A DNA stretch of 64,000 bases from an uncultured Verrucomicrobiae bacterium (GTDB lineage: Bacteria > Verrucomicrobiota > Verrucomicrobiia > Chthoniobacterales > Chthoniobacteraceae), in contig CAWIKF010000001.1 in the NCBI GenBank assembly GCA_963836755.1, forward strand, positions 640,001-704,000, given 5' to 3'. Position numbers and translations under genes: made by a program. Numbering within the stretch: position 1 is the first letter of the stretch; each line of letters starts with the position of its first letter. The notes beneath the pieces were generated by a model that made no database searches, was not told where the DNA came from, and worked only from the letters and a program-made list of their open reading frames with translations. This document shows positions 39,847 to 50,238 of the stretch, piece after piece.

Positions 39847-41570
39847 AATGGAATGTCGGAGCGAAGATTGGTGCGGGGTTTTGCTTGACGACAGTCGTTT
39901 TGTTGATCGTAGGTGCGGTGGCATTCCAAAACACAAAAGCCTTCGTCAGTGCGGTGGAAGAAAGGCGCCAGTGCTATCAGGAGCTGGGCGGCATCAATGA
40001 AGTGTCTTCGTTGCTCAAGGATGCGGAGACCGGACAACGCGGTTATCTGCTTACCGGTCAGGATCGTTACCTGACACCTTACACCGATGCGGATGCAAGG
40101 TTGAATGGTAGCATCGAGAAGTTGCGAGAGCTATTTGCCGGCCACAACCAGCAGGAGCAAAAGATTGCCAAAATACAAAAGGATACTGACATCAAGATGT
40201 CGGAACTGAGGGAGACGATCGCATTGCGGAAAGACAAGGGATTTGAGGCGGCTCAACAAGTAGTTCTAAGCGACACGGGCAGGAGCGCGATGCAGGAGCT
40301 GCGGGAGTTGGTGAATGCGCTGAAGGCCGATGTCGAAGCGAAACTGGAATCGCGGTCGCAGGAGTTGAGTAGAAGAGCGGACACGACCTTCACGACTATT
40401 GAGTATGGCATCGTGGTGTCAGCGCTGCTGACCTTGCTGATCGGTTACTTGTTGACGCGCAGCATCGCGAGGCCATTGCGCGGCGTGACGACTGTTGCAG
40501 ATCGCATCGCGCTCGGAGACTTAAGCACAGAGCTGATGAGTGTCAGAAGTGACGATGAGGTGGGAATGCTTCGCAATGCATTTTACAGTATGAACCAATC
40601 GCTGCGACTGTTAGCGGGGCGTGCAACGGAAATCGCCGCCGGAAATCTGCGGACCCAGATCAGCGCACAATCGGAGAAGGACGTGCTGGGCAACGCCTTT
40701 GCGATGATGACGCAAAATTTGCGCAGCTTGATGCAAGAAATTCTAGGCGCGGTGAATGTGCTCGCGACCTCCGCCAGTGAAATCATGGCCTCTACCACTC
40801 AGCTTGCTTCGGGTGCCGCGCAGACCGCAGCGGCGGTGACGGAAACGACGACGACCGTCGAGGAGGTGAAACAGACTTCGCAAGTCTCCAGTCAAAAAGG
40901 AAGAGTTGTCGCCGACAGCTCGCAACGGACTGCGGAAGTGGCGCAAAGCGGCCGGCGCGCGGTCGAGGAAACTGTGATCGGCATGGAACGGATTCGCGAG
41001 CAGATGGAGTCGATCGCCGAAAGCATCGTGCGCCTAAGCGAGCAAAGTCAGGCGATTGGCGAAATCATCGCCGTCGTGGACGATCTTGCCTCGCAATCAA
41101 ATTTGCTCGCGGTCAATGCATCGATTGAAGCCGCAAAAGCGGGAGAGCAGGGAAAGGGATTTGCGGTCGTCGCGCAGGAAGTCAAAAGTCTCGCGGATCA
41201 ATCCCGGCACGCGACAACACAAGTGCGCGCCATTTTGAGCGAAATCCAAAAAGCGACCAGCGGCGCGGTCATGGCGACGGAGCAGGGAAACAAAGCAGTC
41301 GCGGCGGGAATGACGCAATCGCAAGCAGCGGGCGAGGCGATTCGCCTGTTGAGCGACAACATCGTCCAAGCGTCGCACACGGCGATGCAGATTGCCGTGA
41401 CGAGCCAGGAGCAATTCGTCGGGATGGATCAGGTCGCAATGGCGATGGAGAATATCAAGGTCGCGAGCGTGCAGACTTTGACGAGCACGAAACAGGCTGA
41501 GACGGCTGCGCAAAACCTGCACGATCTTGGCCAGAAATTGAAACGGCTGGTATCAAAGTTTAAGGTCTGA
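39843..41570 (+). CDS. Methyl-accepting chemotaxis protein (CHASE3 + HAMP)
   Basis: [13 protein letters not shown] (CHASE3), two TMs, [25 protein letters not shown]. Confidence 0.95.
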   Translation: MKWNVGAKIGAGFCLTTVVLLIVGAVAFQNTKAFVSAVEERRQCYQELGGINEVSSLLKDAETGQRGYLLTGQDRYLTPYTDADARLNGSIEKLRELFAGHNQQEQKIAKIQKDTDIKMSELRETIALRKDKGFEAAQQVVLSDTGRSAMQELRELVNALKADVEAKLESRSQELSRRADTTFTTIEYGIVVSALLTLLIGYLLTRSIARPLRGVTTVADRIALGDLSTELMSVRSDDEVGMLRNAFYSMNQSLRLLAGRATEIAAGNLRTQISAQSEKDVLGNAFAMMTQNLRSLMQEILGAVNVLATSASEIMASTTQLASGAAQTAAAVTETTTTVEEVKQTSQVSSQKGRVVADSSQRTAEVAQSGRRAVEETVIGMERIREQMESIAESIVRLSEQSQAIGEIIAVVDDLASQSNLLAVNASIEAAKAGEQGKGFAVVAQEVKSLADQSRHATTQVRAILSEIQKATSGAVMATEQGNKAVAAGMTQSQAAGEAIRLLSDNIVQASHTAMQIAVTSQEQFVGMDQVAMAMENIKVASVQTLTSTKQAETAAQNLHDLGQKLKRLVSKFKV

Positions 41571-41575
41571 TCGCG

Positions 41576-43798
41576 ATGCCGCAGACCGATGAAGCGTTCC
41601 TGAAAAAGCTCCGCGAGGCTTTTAGAATCGAGGCTCGTGAGCATTTGCAGGCGTTGTCTGAAGGGCTTCTGGAGGTGGAAAAAAGTGGCACCGGCGAGCA
41701 AAGGAGACGTGAAGTGGTGGAAGTGATTTTCCGTGAGGCGCACAGCCTCAAGGGCGCGGCGCGTTCCGTGAATCACGCGGCGATCGAATCAATCTGTCAG
41801 GCTCTCGAAAGCATCTTCGCGACTTGGAAAAAAGACGGAGTGCATGCCGGCGCGGCGGCTTTTGACACACTTAGCCGCGCGATCGATCTAATCCATGGAT
41901 TGCTCGCGGAAAAAAGTGGCGCTGCTCAACAGGTGGTCGCGGTTGTCCAACAACTGAGGTCATTGGAATCGGGGGCGGAGAAGATGCCGGGGGCGGCGCC
42001 AAGCGTTCCCGAAACGGCGCCGGTTGCGGAGATGCCGCTGACGCATGCGCTCTCGGATACGATCCGAATCGCGACCGCAAAAATGGATACGCTGCTTTTG
42101 CAAACTGAGGAGATGATCGGCGTCAAAAACGCGGTGCGGCAGCATGCGGCGGGATTGCAGGCGGCCGGGCAGATGATGGAAACGTGGCGCAAGGAATGGG
42201 CGAGGACCGAGCCGGATTTTCAGCGGACGCGATTCGCTGCAGACCGCTCCAACACAGGGCCGGCGCGGATTTACGATTTCCTCGAATGGAATCAAAGTTA
42301 CCTCTCCTCGCTCGAAAACAAGCTCGACGATTTGGCGAAATGCGCGACGAGCGACGCACGGATGATCAGCGGAATGGTCGATGATTTGCTGGACGAAGCG
42401 AAGCGACTTGTGATGCTTCCGTTCGCGACTTTGCTCGATTTTTTTCCCAAGCAAGTTCGCGACCTCGCGCGCGACCAGGGGAAGCAAGTCGATCTCGTCG
42501 TGCGCGGCCGCGAGGTTGAAATCGACAAGCGAATTCTCGAGCAAATGAAAGATCCGTTCGTGCATCTCGTGCGCAACGCGATCGATCACGGCATCGAGTC
42601 ACCCGACGCGCGCGCCGCGCGAAACAAGCCGGCGCGGGGTCTGCTGACGATCGCGGTTTCGCAATTGGATGCGGGCAAAGTTGAGATCGTCGTGTCCGAT
42701 GACGGGCACGGAATCGATGTGGAAAAATTGAAAGCCGCGGCTGTAAAAAATGGCCTCATCTCCGTCGACGAAGCCGCTCGGCGTGAGGATCGTGAGGCGC
42801 TCGCGCTCATTTTTCAAAGCGGCGTTTCGACGAGTGCGCAGATCACGGAAATATCCGGACGCGGTCTCGGCATGGCCATCGTTCGCGAAAAAATCGAGAA
42901 GCTTGGCGGCCGCGTCGAAGTGGAAAATCAGCCGAAGCGCGGGACGGCATTTCGCATCGTGCTGCCGGTCACGCTCGCGACATTCAAAGGCTTGCTCGTC
43001 CGCTGCGGCGGACAGCAATTTATTTTGCCAATCGCCAATGTGGAGCGCGTGATGCGCATGACGCGCGAGCAAATCATGAGCGTGGAAAAACGCGAGACGA
43101 TCTCGTGGAGCGGCGGCGCGATCTCGCTCTTCCGGCTCGATGCGGTGCTGGGGATTCCGCGCTTTGAAACAGCAGCGGGAAAATTTTTGCAAATCGTGAT
43201 TTTGAACGCGGGCGAAGCGCGGATGGCCTTCGTCGTCGATGAAGTGCTGCACGAGGAGGAAGTGCTTGTGAAGCCGTTGCAAAAACCGCTCGTGCGCGTG
43301 CGAAACATCGCCGCGGCGACGGTGCTCGGGTCGGGCCGCACAGTGCTGATTTTGAATGTTCCCGACCTGCTGCAATCAGCAGTGGCGAGCGACGGCGCCG
43401 TGATTGCAGCGGCTCCGGCGAGCTTTTCTGCGAAAGCGAAATCGGTCCTCGTCGTCGACGATTCGGTGACATCGCGGATGCTTTTAAAAAACATCATGGA
43501 AGCTGCGGGCTATGACGTGAAAGCCGCTGTCGATGGCGCGGATGCGATGAGCGCGCTGAGGACACAAGCATTTGATCTGGTGGTCTCCGATGTGGAAATG
43601 CCGCGGATGAATGGCTTCGAATTGACCGCGAAAATTCGCGCGGACAAACGCCTCGCGGAGATTCCGGTGGTGCTCGTGACGGCGCTCGAGTCGCGCGAAC
43701 ATCGCGAGCGAGGCATCGATGCCGGCGCGAATGCTTACATCGTCAAAAGTAGCTTCGAGCAAAGCAATTTGCTCGACGTCGCGCGGAGGCTTTTATGA
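41576..43798 (+). CDS. cheA: CheA-receiver hybrid kinase (WspE-like)
   Basis: Hpt AHSLKG, HLVRNAIDHG, SGRGLGM, CheW domain, C-terminal REC. Confidence 0.95.
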   Translation: MPQTDEAFLKKLREAFRIEAREHLQALSEGLLEVEKSGTGEQRRREVVEVIFREAHSLKGAARSVNHAAIESICQALESIFATWKKDGVHAGAAAFDTLSRAIDLIHGLLAEKSGAAQQVVAVVQQLRSLESGAEKMPGAAPSVPETAPVAEMPLTHALSDTIRIATAKMDTLLLQTEEMIGVKNAVRQHAAGLQAAGQMMETWRKEWARTEPDFQRTRFAADRSNTGPARIYDFLEWNQSYLSSLENKLDDLAKCATSDARMISGMVDDLLDEAKRLVMLPFATLLDFFPKQVRDLARDQGKQVDLVVRGREVEIDKRILEQMKDPFVHLVRNAIDHGIESPDARAARNKPARGLLTIAVSQLDAGKVEIVVSDDGHGIDVEKLKAAAVKNGLISVDEAARREDREALALIFQSGVSTSAQITEISGRGLGMAIVREKIEKLGGRVEVENQPKRGTAFRIVLPVTLATFKGLLVRCGGQQFILPIANVERVMRMTREQIMSVEKRETISWSGGAISLFRLDAVLGIPRFETAAGKFLQIVILNAGEARMAFVVDEVLHEEEVLVKPLQKPLVRVRNIAAATVLGSGRTVLILNVPDLLQSAVASDGAVIAAAPASFSAKAKSVLVVDDSVTSRMLLKNIMEAAGYDVKAAVDGADAMSALRTQAFDLVVSDVEMPRMNGFELTAKIRADKRLAEIPVVLVTALESREHRERGIDAGANAYIVKSSFEQSNLLDVARRLL

Positions 43799-44865
43799 GC
43801 GAGAAAAAAGTTCGCGTCATGATCGTGGAGGACTCCGCGGTTTCGCGCGAGCTGCTCCGGCATGTGCTGGAATCCGATCCGGAAATCGAAGTGGTGGGCG
43901 TCGCGTGCGATGGCGAGGAAGCGCTGGTGAAAGCTGCGCAGATGCAGCCGCACGTGATCACAATGGACATCCACATGCCGAAATTAAACGGCTACGACAC
44001 GGCGCGCCGCATCATGGAGACGCAGCCCGTGCCGATCATCATCGTGAGCGCAAGCGCTGATCCCAACGACGTTCGCAAGGCGTTTCGAGTGATGGATGCG
44101 GGAGCGGTTGCGATTTTGGAAACGCCGCGCGGGCTGGCGCATCCTGAGCATAGTCGGATGGCGTCAAAGTTGGTGCGCACCGTGAAATTGATGTCTGAAA
44201 TCAAAGTCATCAAACGCTGGCGAAGGCCGGCGCCAGCTGAATCCGCGACCGTTCCCGAATCCATAAAAGCACTCGCTGCGAAGCGGAAAATCGAGCTCGT
44301 GGTAATCGGCGCGTCGACCGGCGGCCCGCCGGTGTTGCACACGATTTTGGGATCGCTCGAGAAGAATCTGAACGTGCCGATTTTGATCGTGCAACACATC
44401 GCGGCCGGGTTTGTGCAAGGCCTCGTGGAATGGCTGGCGCAGTCGTCCGGAGTTCCGATCCATCTCGCGACGCATGGCGTGCGGCCGCAGCCTGGCAACG
44501 TTTACATTGCACCCGATGGCGCGCACATGGTCGTCGAAAAATCGGGCCGCATCGCACTGACGGACGATGCGCCGGACGAAGGTCTGCGGCCGGCGGTGTC
44601 TCATCTTTTTCGCTCCGTCGCAGAAACATTTGGCGATCGCGCCGCCGGGATTTTGCTCACCGGAATGGGACGCGACGGCGCGGCGGAATTGAAACTGATG
44701 CGCGATCGCGGAGCCGTGACGATCGCACAGAACCGTGAAAGCTCAGTCGTGTTTGGAATGCCGGGTGAGGCAGTGAAGCTCGAAGCCGCAGCCTATGTGC
44801 TGCCGCCGGCCGGCATCGCCGCGGTGCTCGACATGTTGTTGCACAAACGGAGTGTTGACGCATGA
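43795..44865 (+). CDS. cheB: CheB methylesterase response regulator
   Basis: REC plus GASTGGP, VQH, LTGMGRDG. Confidence 0.95.
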   Translation: MSEKKVRVMIVEDSAVSRELLRHVLESDPEIEVVGVACDGEEALVKAAQMQPHVITMDIHMPKLNGYDTARRIMETQPVPIIIVSASADPNDVRKAFRVMDAGAVAILETPRGLAHPEHSRMASKLVRTVKLMSEIKVIKRWRRPAPAESATVPESIKALAAKRKIELVVIGASTGGPPVLHTILGSLEKNLNVPILIVQHIAAGFVQGLVEWLAQSSGVPIHLATHGVRPQPGNVYIAPDGAHMVVEKSGRIALTDDAPDEGLRPAVSHLFRSVAETFGDRAAGILLTGMGRDGAAELKLMRDRGAVTIAQNRESSVVFGMPGEAVKLEAAAYVLPPAGIAAVLDMLLHKRSVDA

Positions 44866-46163
44866 CAGCCGCGAAACCGGAAATTTTGATCGTTGAGGAC
44901 AGCCGGACCCAGGCGATGGTTCTTCAAAACGTCCTCGAAAAAAATGGCTTCACTGTGGCTTCGGCGACGAATGGTCGGGCCGCGCTCGACTTGCTCCAAA
45001 CGCTTCGCCCCGTGCTGGTCATCACCGATGTGCAAATGCCGGGAATGGACGGCTACGAATTATGCGCGTCGATCAAAGCTGACGCGGCGCTCCGTGCCGT
45101 TCCGGTGATGCTTTTGACGTCGCTTTCCGCGCCGCAGGATATCATCCGCGGGCTCGAGAGCGGCGCCGACAACTTCGTCGTGAAGCCTTATGAGGAGCCG
45201 TTTCTGCTCTCGCGGATCGAGACGATTTTGGCGAACCAAGAACTGCGCCGCGCGGCCGGACACGAAGAGGAAATCGCCGTTTTTTTCGCGGGCCAGCAAT
45301 ACGTCATCACTTCCGATCGGCGTCAAATTTTAAACCTGTTGCTTTCCACTTATGAGACGGCGGTGCAGACGAATCACGACCTCATCAAGGCTCACGAGGA
45401 GTTGAAAGCGGCGCAGGGGCAGCTGATCGAGGCGGAGAAATTGCAGTCCGTCGGAAGGCTCGCTGCCGGCATCGCGCATGAAGTGCGCAATCCGCTGGCG
45501 ATTTTGGAAATGGGCATCTCTTTTCTCGTGGAGCGGCCGATGGCGGAAGACGACCGCGTGGTCATTGACGAGATGCGCGAGGCCGTGCGGCGTGCAAATT
45601 CCGTGATCACCGGCTTGATGGATTTGTCGTCGCCGAACGAACTCGGTATGCGCGAGATGAATGTGAATGACGTCATCGCCCAAGCGCTCGCGATTTTTTC
45701 CGATCAACTGGCGGAGCGCAAAATCGAGGTGCGCCGCGCGCTGGCGGAGGGCTTGCAAGTCACTCGGCTCGACGTCAACAAAATGGAACAGGTGTTCCTC
45801 AATGTGTTTGCAAATGCCCGCGACTCGATGCCGTCGGGCGGCGTGCTGACGGTTTCCACGCGGCAAAAGTTGCTTGAAAAAAAAGAAGTTGATTACGATG
45901 CGGGCGACCGCTCCGGCTCGCGTTTCCGTGCTGGCGACCGTGCGGTGATCATCGAGATCAACGACACGGGAGCAGGGCTTCCCGACGAAAAGTTAAACAA
46001 AGTATTTGATCCGTTTTTCAGCACGAAACCGACGGGAAAAGGGATGGGACTTGGTTTGACCGTGGCAAAGAAAATCATCGATTTGCATGGCGGCAAAATC
46101 GCGCTGGAGAACCTCGACGGTGGTGGCGTCAAAGTGACGATCGTTTTAAAATGTGCGAGTTGA
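44862..46163 (+). CDS. Hybrid response regulator-histidine kinase
   Basis: N-terminal REC, AHEVRNPL H-box, N-box, FDPFFSTK, GLGL. Confidence 0.92.
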   Translation: MTAAKPEILIVEDSRTQAMVLQNVLEKNGFTVASATNGRAALDLLQTLRPVLVITDVQMPGMDGYELCASIKADAALRAVPVMLLTSLSAPQDIIRGLESGADNFVVKPYEEPFLLSRIETILANQELRRAAGHEEEIAVFFAGQQYVITSDRRQILNLLLSTYETAVQTNHDLIKAHEELKAAQGQLIEAEKLQSVGRLAAGIAHEVRNPLAILEMGISFLVERPMAEDDRVVIDEMREAVRRANSVITGLMDLSSPNELGMREMNVNDVIAQALAIFSDQLAERKIEVRRALAEGLQVTRLDVNKMEQVFLNVFANARDSMPSGGVLTVSTRQKLLEKKEVDYDAGDRSGSRFRAGDRAVIIEINDTGAGLPDEKLNKVFDPFFSTKPTGKGMGLGLTVAKKIIDLHGGKIALENLDGGGVKVTIVLKCAS

Positions 46164-46167
46164 AACA

Positions 46168-46310
46168 ATGATCACCGAGGAGCTGCCGTCTGTGTGCGCG
46201 CGAATGATTTGCTCGTTTTTTTCACGGATGGACTTTACGAAGTCGAGGGCGCAGGCGACGTTTTTTTCCATCAACAAAAACTGACCGAGCTGATTTTTCC
46301 GACTCATGAA
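46168..46310 (+). pseudogene. Remnant of a SpoIIE/PP2C phosphatase C-terminus
   Basis: NDLLVFFTDGLYEVE resembles the PP2C D.L..(F/Y)TDG..E motif; no intact ORF. Confidence 0.5.
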
Positions 46311-46413
46311 CCAAGACGCCGCCACGCTATTCGATCGATTGCAGTGGAAATTAGAAGGCTGTGTTCGCCTTGTCGGCAGCGAAATTCCGCGGCTCGACGC
46401 GTGAAAGTTCCGC

Positions 46414-46764
46414 ATGCAAAAGCGCCGCATTTTAATCGTGGATGACGATACTCAAGCTCCACGGATGTTAAAAAAACTGCTGGAGCTGAAATGTTCCTAC
46501 GAAGTGATGGTCGAGAACGACTCGAAGCGCGCGCTGGAGGTCACGCTCTCGTTCCGGCCGGATTTGATTTTGCTCGATGTCATCATGCCCGATCTCGATG
46601 GCGGCGATGTCGCGGCGCAGATTCGTGCGACGCGCGACTCGCAAAATATCCCGATCATTTTCATCAGCGCGATTGCGCAGCCGATCGCGGGCTATCCTTT
46701 TCTTTCCAAACCGGTGCCCGTGGAAAAAGTGATCGAGTGCATTCAGGAAAATCTTCTCGCGTGA
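46414..46764 (+). CDS. Single-domain response regulator
   Basis: ILIVDDD, DLILLDVIMPDLDG, SKP. Confidence 0.88.
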   Translation: MQKRRILIVDDDTQAPRMLKKLLELKCSYEVMVENDSKRALEVTLSFRPDLILLDVIMPDLDGGDVAAQIRATRDSQNIPIIFISAIAQPIAGYPFLSKPVPVEKVIECIQENLLA

Positions 46765-46797
46765 CGCGGCGAAAGTGATCGCTCTTTCACAAAGCAA

Positions 46798-47613
46798 ATG
46801 CGCAAGCCGTTGAAAATTCAAAACGTGACTCTCGGCGGCGCGGCGCCGGTTTTCATCCTCGGGCCGTGCGTGATCGAGTCGGAAAAGTTTGTCTGGCGGA
46901 TCGCGCGGAAACTCAAGCGGATCGCTGACGAGGTTGGCGTGCAATTCATTTTCAAAGCTTCCTACGACAAGGCGAATCGGACCTCGGTGCAATCATTTCG
47001 CGGAATGGATGTGCGCGATGGCTGCGAGATTTTGTCCGCGATCGGAAGGGAATTGGGCGTGCCGGTGACGACGGATGTGCACACGGAGCGCGACGCGGAG
47101 ATCGCGGGCGAGATGATTGATGTTTTACAAATACCGGCATTCCTTTGCCGGCAGACGGATCTGATCAAGGCGGCGGCGCAAACGAGACGCGTGGTGAATG
47201 TGAAGAAGGGACAGTTTCTGGCGCCGTGGGATCTAAAAAATGTGGCGGACAAAATCCGCAGCTTCGGCAGCGAGCGCTTTTTCTTTACCGAGCGAGGTGC
47301 GAGCTTTGGCTACAACAATCTCGTCGCCGACATGCGTTCGCTTTACTGGATTCGCGAGGCCGGATTTCACGTGGTGTTTGATGCCACGCATTCCGTGCAG
47401 CGGCCGGGCGGGGCGGGGACGACTACTTCCGGCGACGGCGTGCTGGCGCCGGTGCTCGCGCGCGCGGCGGTCGCGGCGGGTTGTGACGGCGTTTTCATCG
47501 AGACGCACGAAGACCCATCGAAGGCGCTTTCAGACGGGCCGAATCAAATTCCATTGGCCAAGCTGCCGAAAATTCTGCGACAGTTGCAGGCAATTCATGA
47601 GACCGTTCGCTAG
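46798..47613 (+). CDS. kdsA: KDO 8-phosphate synthase
   Basis: GPCVIES, KASYDKANRTS, FDATHSVQ, SDG. Confidence 0.96.
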   Translation: MRKPLKIQNVTLGGAAPVFILGPCVIESEKFVWRIARKLKRIADEVGVQFIFKASYDKANRTSVQSFRGMDVRDGCEILSAIGRELGVPVTTDVHTERDAEIAGEMIDVLQIPAFLCRQTDLIKAAAQTRRVVNVKKGQFLAPWDLKNVADKIRSFGSERFFFTERGASFGYNNLVADMRSLYWIREAGFHVVFDATHSVQRPGGAGTTTSGDGVLAPVLARAAVAAGCDGVFIETHEDPSKALSDGPNQIPLAKLPKILRQLQAIHETVR

Positions 47614-48100
47614 TTTTTTCCTGGCTCTCGTGCTGACTTTTTTCCACCCGTGCGGTGCTGCGGCGAAATCCAGCAAAAAGAAGAAAGGCGAAGCCGCCGA
47701 TCCGAAGGCGCCAAAGTTTGACGTGCCGATCCCGGTCGGGCACGCCGCGGAAGGGGTGACGCTGCCGTATTTCGACGATCAAGGGAAATTGCAGATGAAT
47801 TATAAAATCGATTCGGCCACGCGTGTGGATCTCGGGCATTTGAAGATGACGCACACGCTCATTGAAACTTATGACGACGCCGAAAAAGTGGAGATGAAAA
47901 TCGACATGCCGACCTCCACTCTCGATCTCAACACGAAGGTCGTGACGAGTGAAACGCCAGTCACGATCAGCCGCTCGGATTTTCAAATCACGGGCGAGCG
48001 GATGCGCTTTGATACCGACAGCCGCGCGGGCGTGATGTTCGGCAAAGTGCGCATGGTCATTTACAATCAAAACGAAACGTTTTCAGATAAAACGAAATGA
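47597..48100 (+). CDS. lptC: LptC-like LPS export protein
   Basis: Position between kdsA and lptA; beta-jellyroll-like sequence. Confidence 0.65.
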   Translation: MRPFASFFLALVLTFFHPCGAAAKSSKKKKGEAADPKAPKFDVPIPVGHAAEGVTLPYFDDQGKLQMNYKIDSATRVDLGHLKMTHTLIETYDDAEKVEMKIDMPTSTLDLNTKVVTSETPVTISRSDFQITGERMRFDTDSRAGVMFGKVRMVIYNQNETFSDKTK

Positions 48101-48837
48101 GGAAGCTTCTCTTTCTTGTCACCATGCTTGCGGTTGTTTGTTCGCGCGCGGTTGCGCAACAAAGCGCCGGGAGCGGAGATTTGCTGCGGAGCCTCGATGC
48201 GGTCAACGGCGACGTAAGCGCATCGGTCCTTCCGGCGGGCGCGGCGGAAGAGAAAAAACCTGGCGCGGAAGCGCCGAAAGCTCCGACGATTATCACTGCA
48301 ACGAAGCAGACGACTTACGATGAAAAAACTCACAAGGCAGTTTTTTACGGCGACGTTCATGTGGATGATCCGCAGTTCAAGGTCAGATGCGATCAGCTGA
48401 CGGCTTTCTTGCGCGACACGAAAGCAGCGGCGGGCGCGAAGCCTTCACCCGGCGCAAAAACTTCAGCCACGCCGAAACCTTCGGCGTCGCCGGCAGCGAG
48501 TCCCGGCGGAAAAAATGGCGGCCCGGGCGGCGGCGGATTGCAGCGCGCGATTGCGGAAGGGCATGTGATCATCATTCAGGACAGACCTGCGGCCGACGGC
48601 CAGGAGCCCCAGCACAACGTCGGCAAATCACAGCGCGCAGATTACAATGCCGACACCGGCGACATCGTGCTGACTGGCTGGCCGCAAGTGCAGCAGGGAA
48701 TGAACACCCAGGTCGCGACTGAGGAATCTACGGTCATGACGATGAACAAGGATGGGCACACGATGAATACCAAGGGTGCGAGTAAAACCGTCATCCAAGA
48801 GCAATCCGCCAGCTCGCCAGCCGCGAAGCCACAGTGA
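48097..48837 (+). CDS. lptA: LptA/OstA family protein
   Basis: AVFYGDVHV, IAEGHV, IVLTGWP; upstream of lptB. Confidence 0.75.
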   Translation: MRKLLFLVTMLAVVCSRAVAQQSAGSGDLLRSLDAVNGDVSASVLPAGAAEEKKPGAEAPKAPTIITATKQTTYDEKTHKAVFYGDVHVDDPQFKVRCDQLTAFLRDTKAAAGAKPSPGAKTSATPKPSASPAASPGGKNGGPGGGGLQRAIAEGHVIIIQDRPAADGQEPQHNVGKSQRADYNADTGDIVLTGWPQVQQGMNTQVATEESTVMTMNKDGHTMNTKGASKTVIQEQSASSPAAKPQ

Positions 48838-49586
48838 TCACTCCAGAAAATGGCGCGGGCGATGAGGTCATTCTTCGCACCGAAAAGCTGGTCAAAGTTT
48901 ACGGCGGCCGCGCCGTGGTCAATGGCGTGGACATCAATCTCAAGCGCGGCGAAATCGTCGGGCTGCTCGGACCGAACGGCGCCGGCAAGACGACGAGCTT
49001 CTACATGATCGTCGGCCTCGTCCGGCCGAACGGCGGGCGCGTAATTTTCAACGGCGAGGAAGTGACGCATTTTCCGATGTTTAAACGAGCGCGCATGGGG
49101 ATGGGCTATTTGCCGCAGGAAGAATCGATTTTCCGTAAATTGACGGTGCAGGACAACATCATGGCGATCCTCGAAACGCTGCCGCTCTCCAGGCGCGATC
49201 GCAAAAGTCGGTGCGAGGAATTACTCACGCAGTTTGGTATCGAGCATGTGGCGAAGCAGCAGGCGCTGACGCTTTCCGGCGGTGAAAAACGGCGCCTCAC
49301 CATCGCGCGCTCGCTCGTCACGAAGCCAAGTTTATTGATGCTCGACGAACCATTTTCGGGCGTTGATCCGATTGCAGTTTATGACGTGCAGCAGATCATC
49401 GCGAACCTCCGCGACACGGGGCTCGGTATTTTAATCACCGATCACAACGTGCGTGAGACGCTTGCCATCGTGGACCGCGCGTATCTTATTTTCGAGGGCC
49501 GGGTCGAGAGCCAGGGCACCAAGGAGTTCCTCGTGAACGACCCGATCAGCCGTCAGCTTTATCTAGGGGAACGCTTTAAAATGTAA
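48834..49586 (+). CDS. lptB: LPS export ABC ATPase
   Basis: GPNGAGKTT, YLPQE.SIF, LSGGE, ITDHNVRET, YLGE.F. Confidence 0.96.
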   Translation: MITPENGAGDEVILRTEKLVKVYGGRAVVNGVDINLKRGEIVGLLGPNGAGKTTSFYMIVGLVRPNGGRVIFNGEEVTHFPMFKRARMGMGYLPQEESIFRKLTVQDNIMAILETLPLSRRDRKSRCEELLTQFGIEHVAKQQALTLSGGEKRRLTIARSLVTKPSLLMLDEPFSGVDPIAVYDVQQIIANLRDTGLGILITDHNVRETLAIVDRAYLIFEGRVESQGTKEFLVNDPISRQLYLGERFKM

Positions 49587-49606
49587 TCCAAGAAAGGAAA
49601 TCGCCC

Positions 49607-50179
49607 ATGCAAGTAGCCAATGCCCATCCACCCATCCAAGTCACCGGTCGCCACGTCAGCGTCACCGACGCGATCATTGATTACGCGCGACGCAAAATTG
49701 AGAGTCTTCATCTCGATTATCCGCGCATCATCGAGGCCCAAGTAATCCTCGACGTGCAAAAAATTCGGCACACTGCCGAAGTCATCCTGCATTGCACGAA
49801 CCACATCACGATCGACGCCAGCAGCGACACGCAGGACATGTATGCCTCGATCGACCAGGCGACCGACAAGATCGCGCAGCAGATGCGTAAATATAAGACG
49901 CGCATTATGCGCCAGCATCGTCCGCGCCATCAGGATGTGCGGCATCTCGACGAGCAGGTTTTCACGAGCGAGGGGATGGATGAGCACGAAAATGAGCCGA
50001 CGCTCGTGCACACCGAGCGCTATCCGGTGAAGCCAATGTTTGTCGACGAAGCGGTGCTGCAGCTTGAGATGTCGAGCCGGCAGTTCGTCGTCTTTTTGAA
50101 TGCGAAGACGGAAAAAGTGAACGTGATTTACCGCCGCAAACATGGCGACTTTGGCTTGATCGAGCCGGCATTTACTTAG
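49607..50179 (+). CDS. hpf: Ribosome hibernation factor, long HPF
   Basis: IQVTGRHV, DMYASID, KPM.VDEA..Q, VIYRR..G.FGLIEP. Confidence 0.93.
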   Translation: MQVANAHPPIQVTGRHVSVTDAIIDYARRKIESLHLDYPRIIEAQVILDVQKIRHTAEVILHCTNHITIDASSDTQDMYASIDQATDKIAQQMRKYKTRIMRQHRPRHQDVRHLDEQVFTSEGMDEHENEPTLVHTERYPVKPMFVDEAVLQLEMSSRQFVVFLNAKTEKVNVIYRRKHGDFGLIEPAFT

Positions 50180-50238
50180 CCGTTGCCGGGAAAAATAATG
50201 CTGCATCTCGCTCCTTCGTCTCCTCGCGAGGTGCCCGA

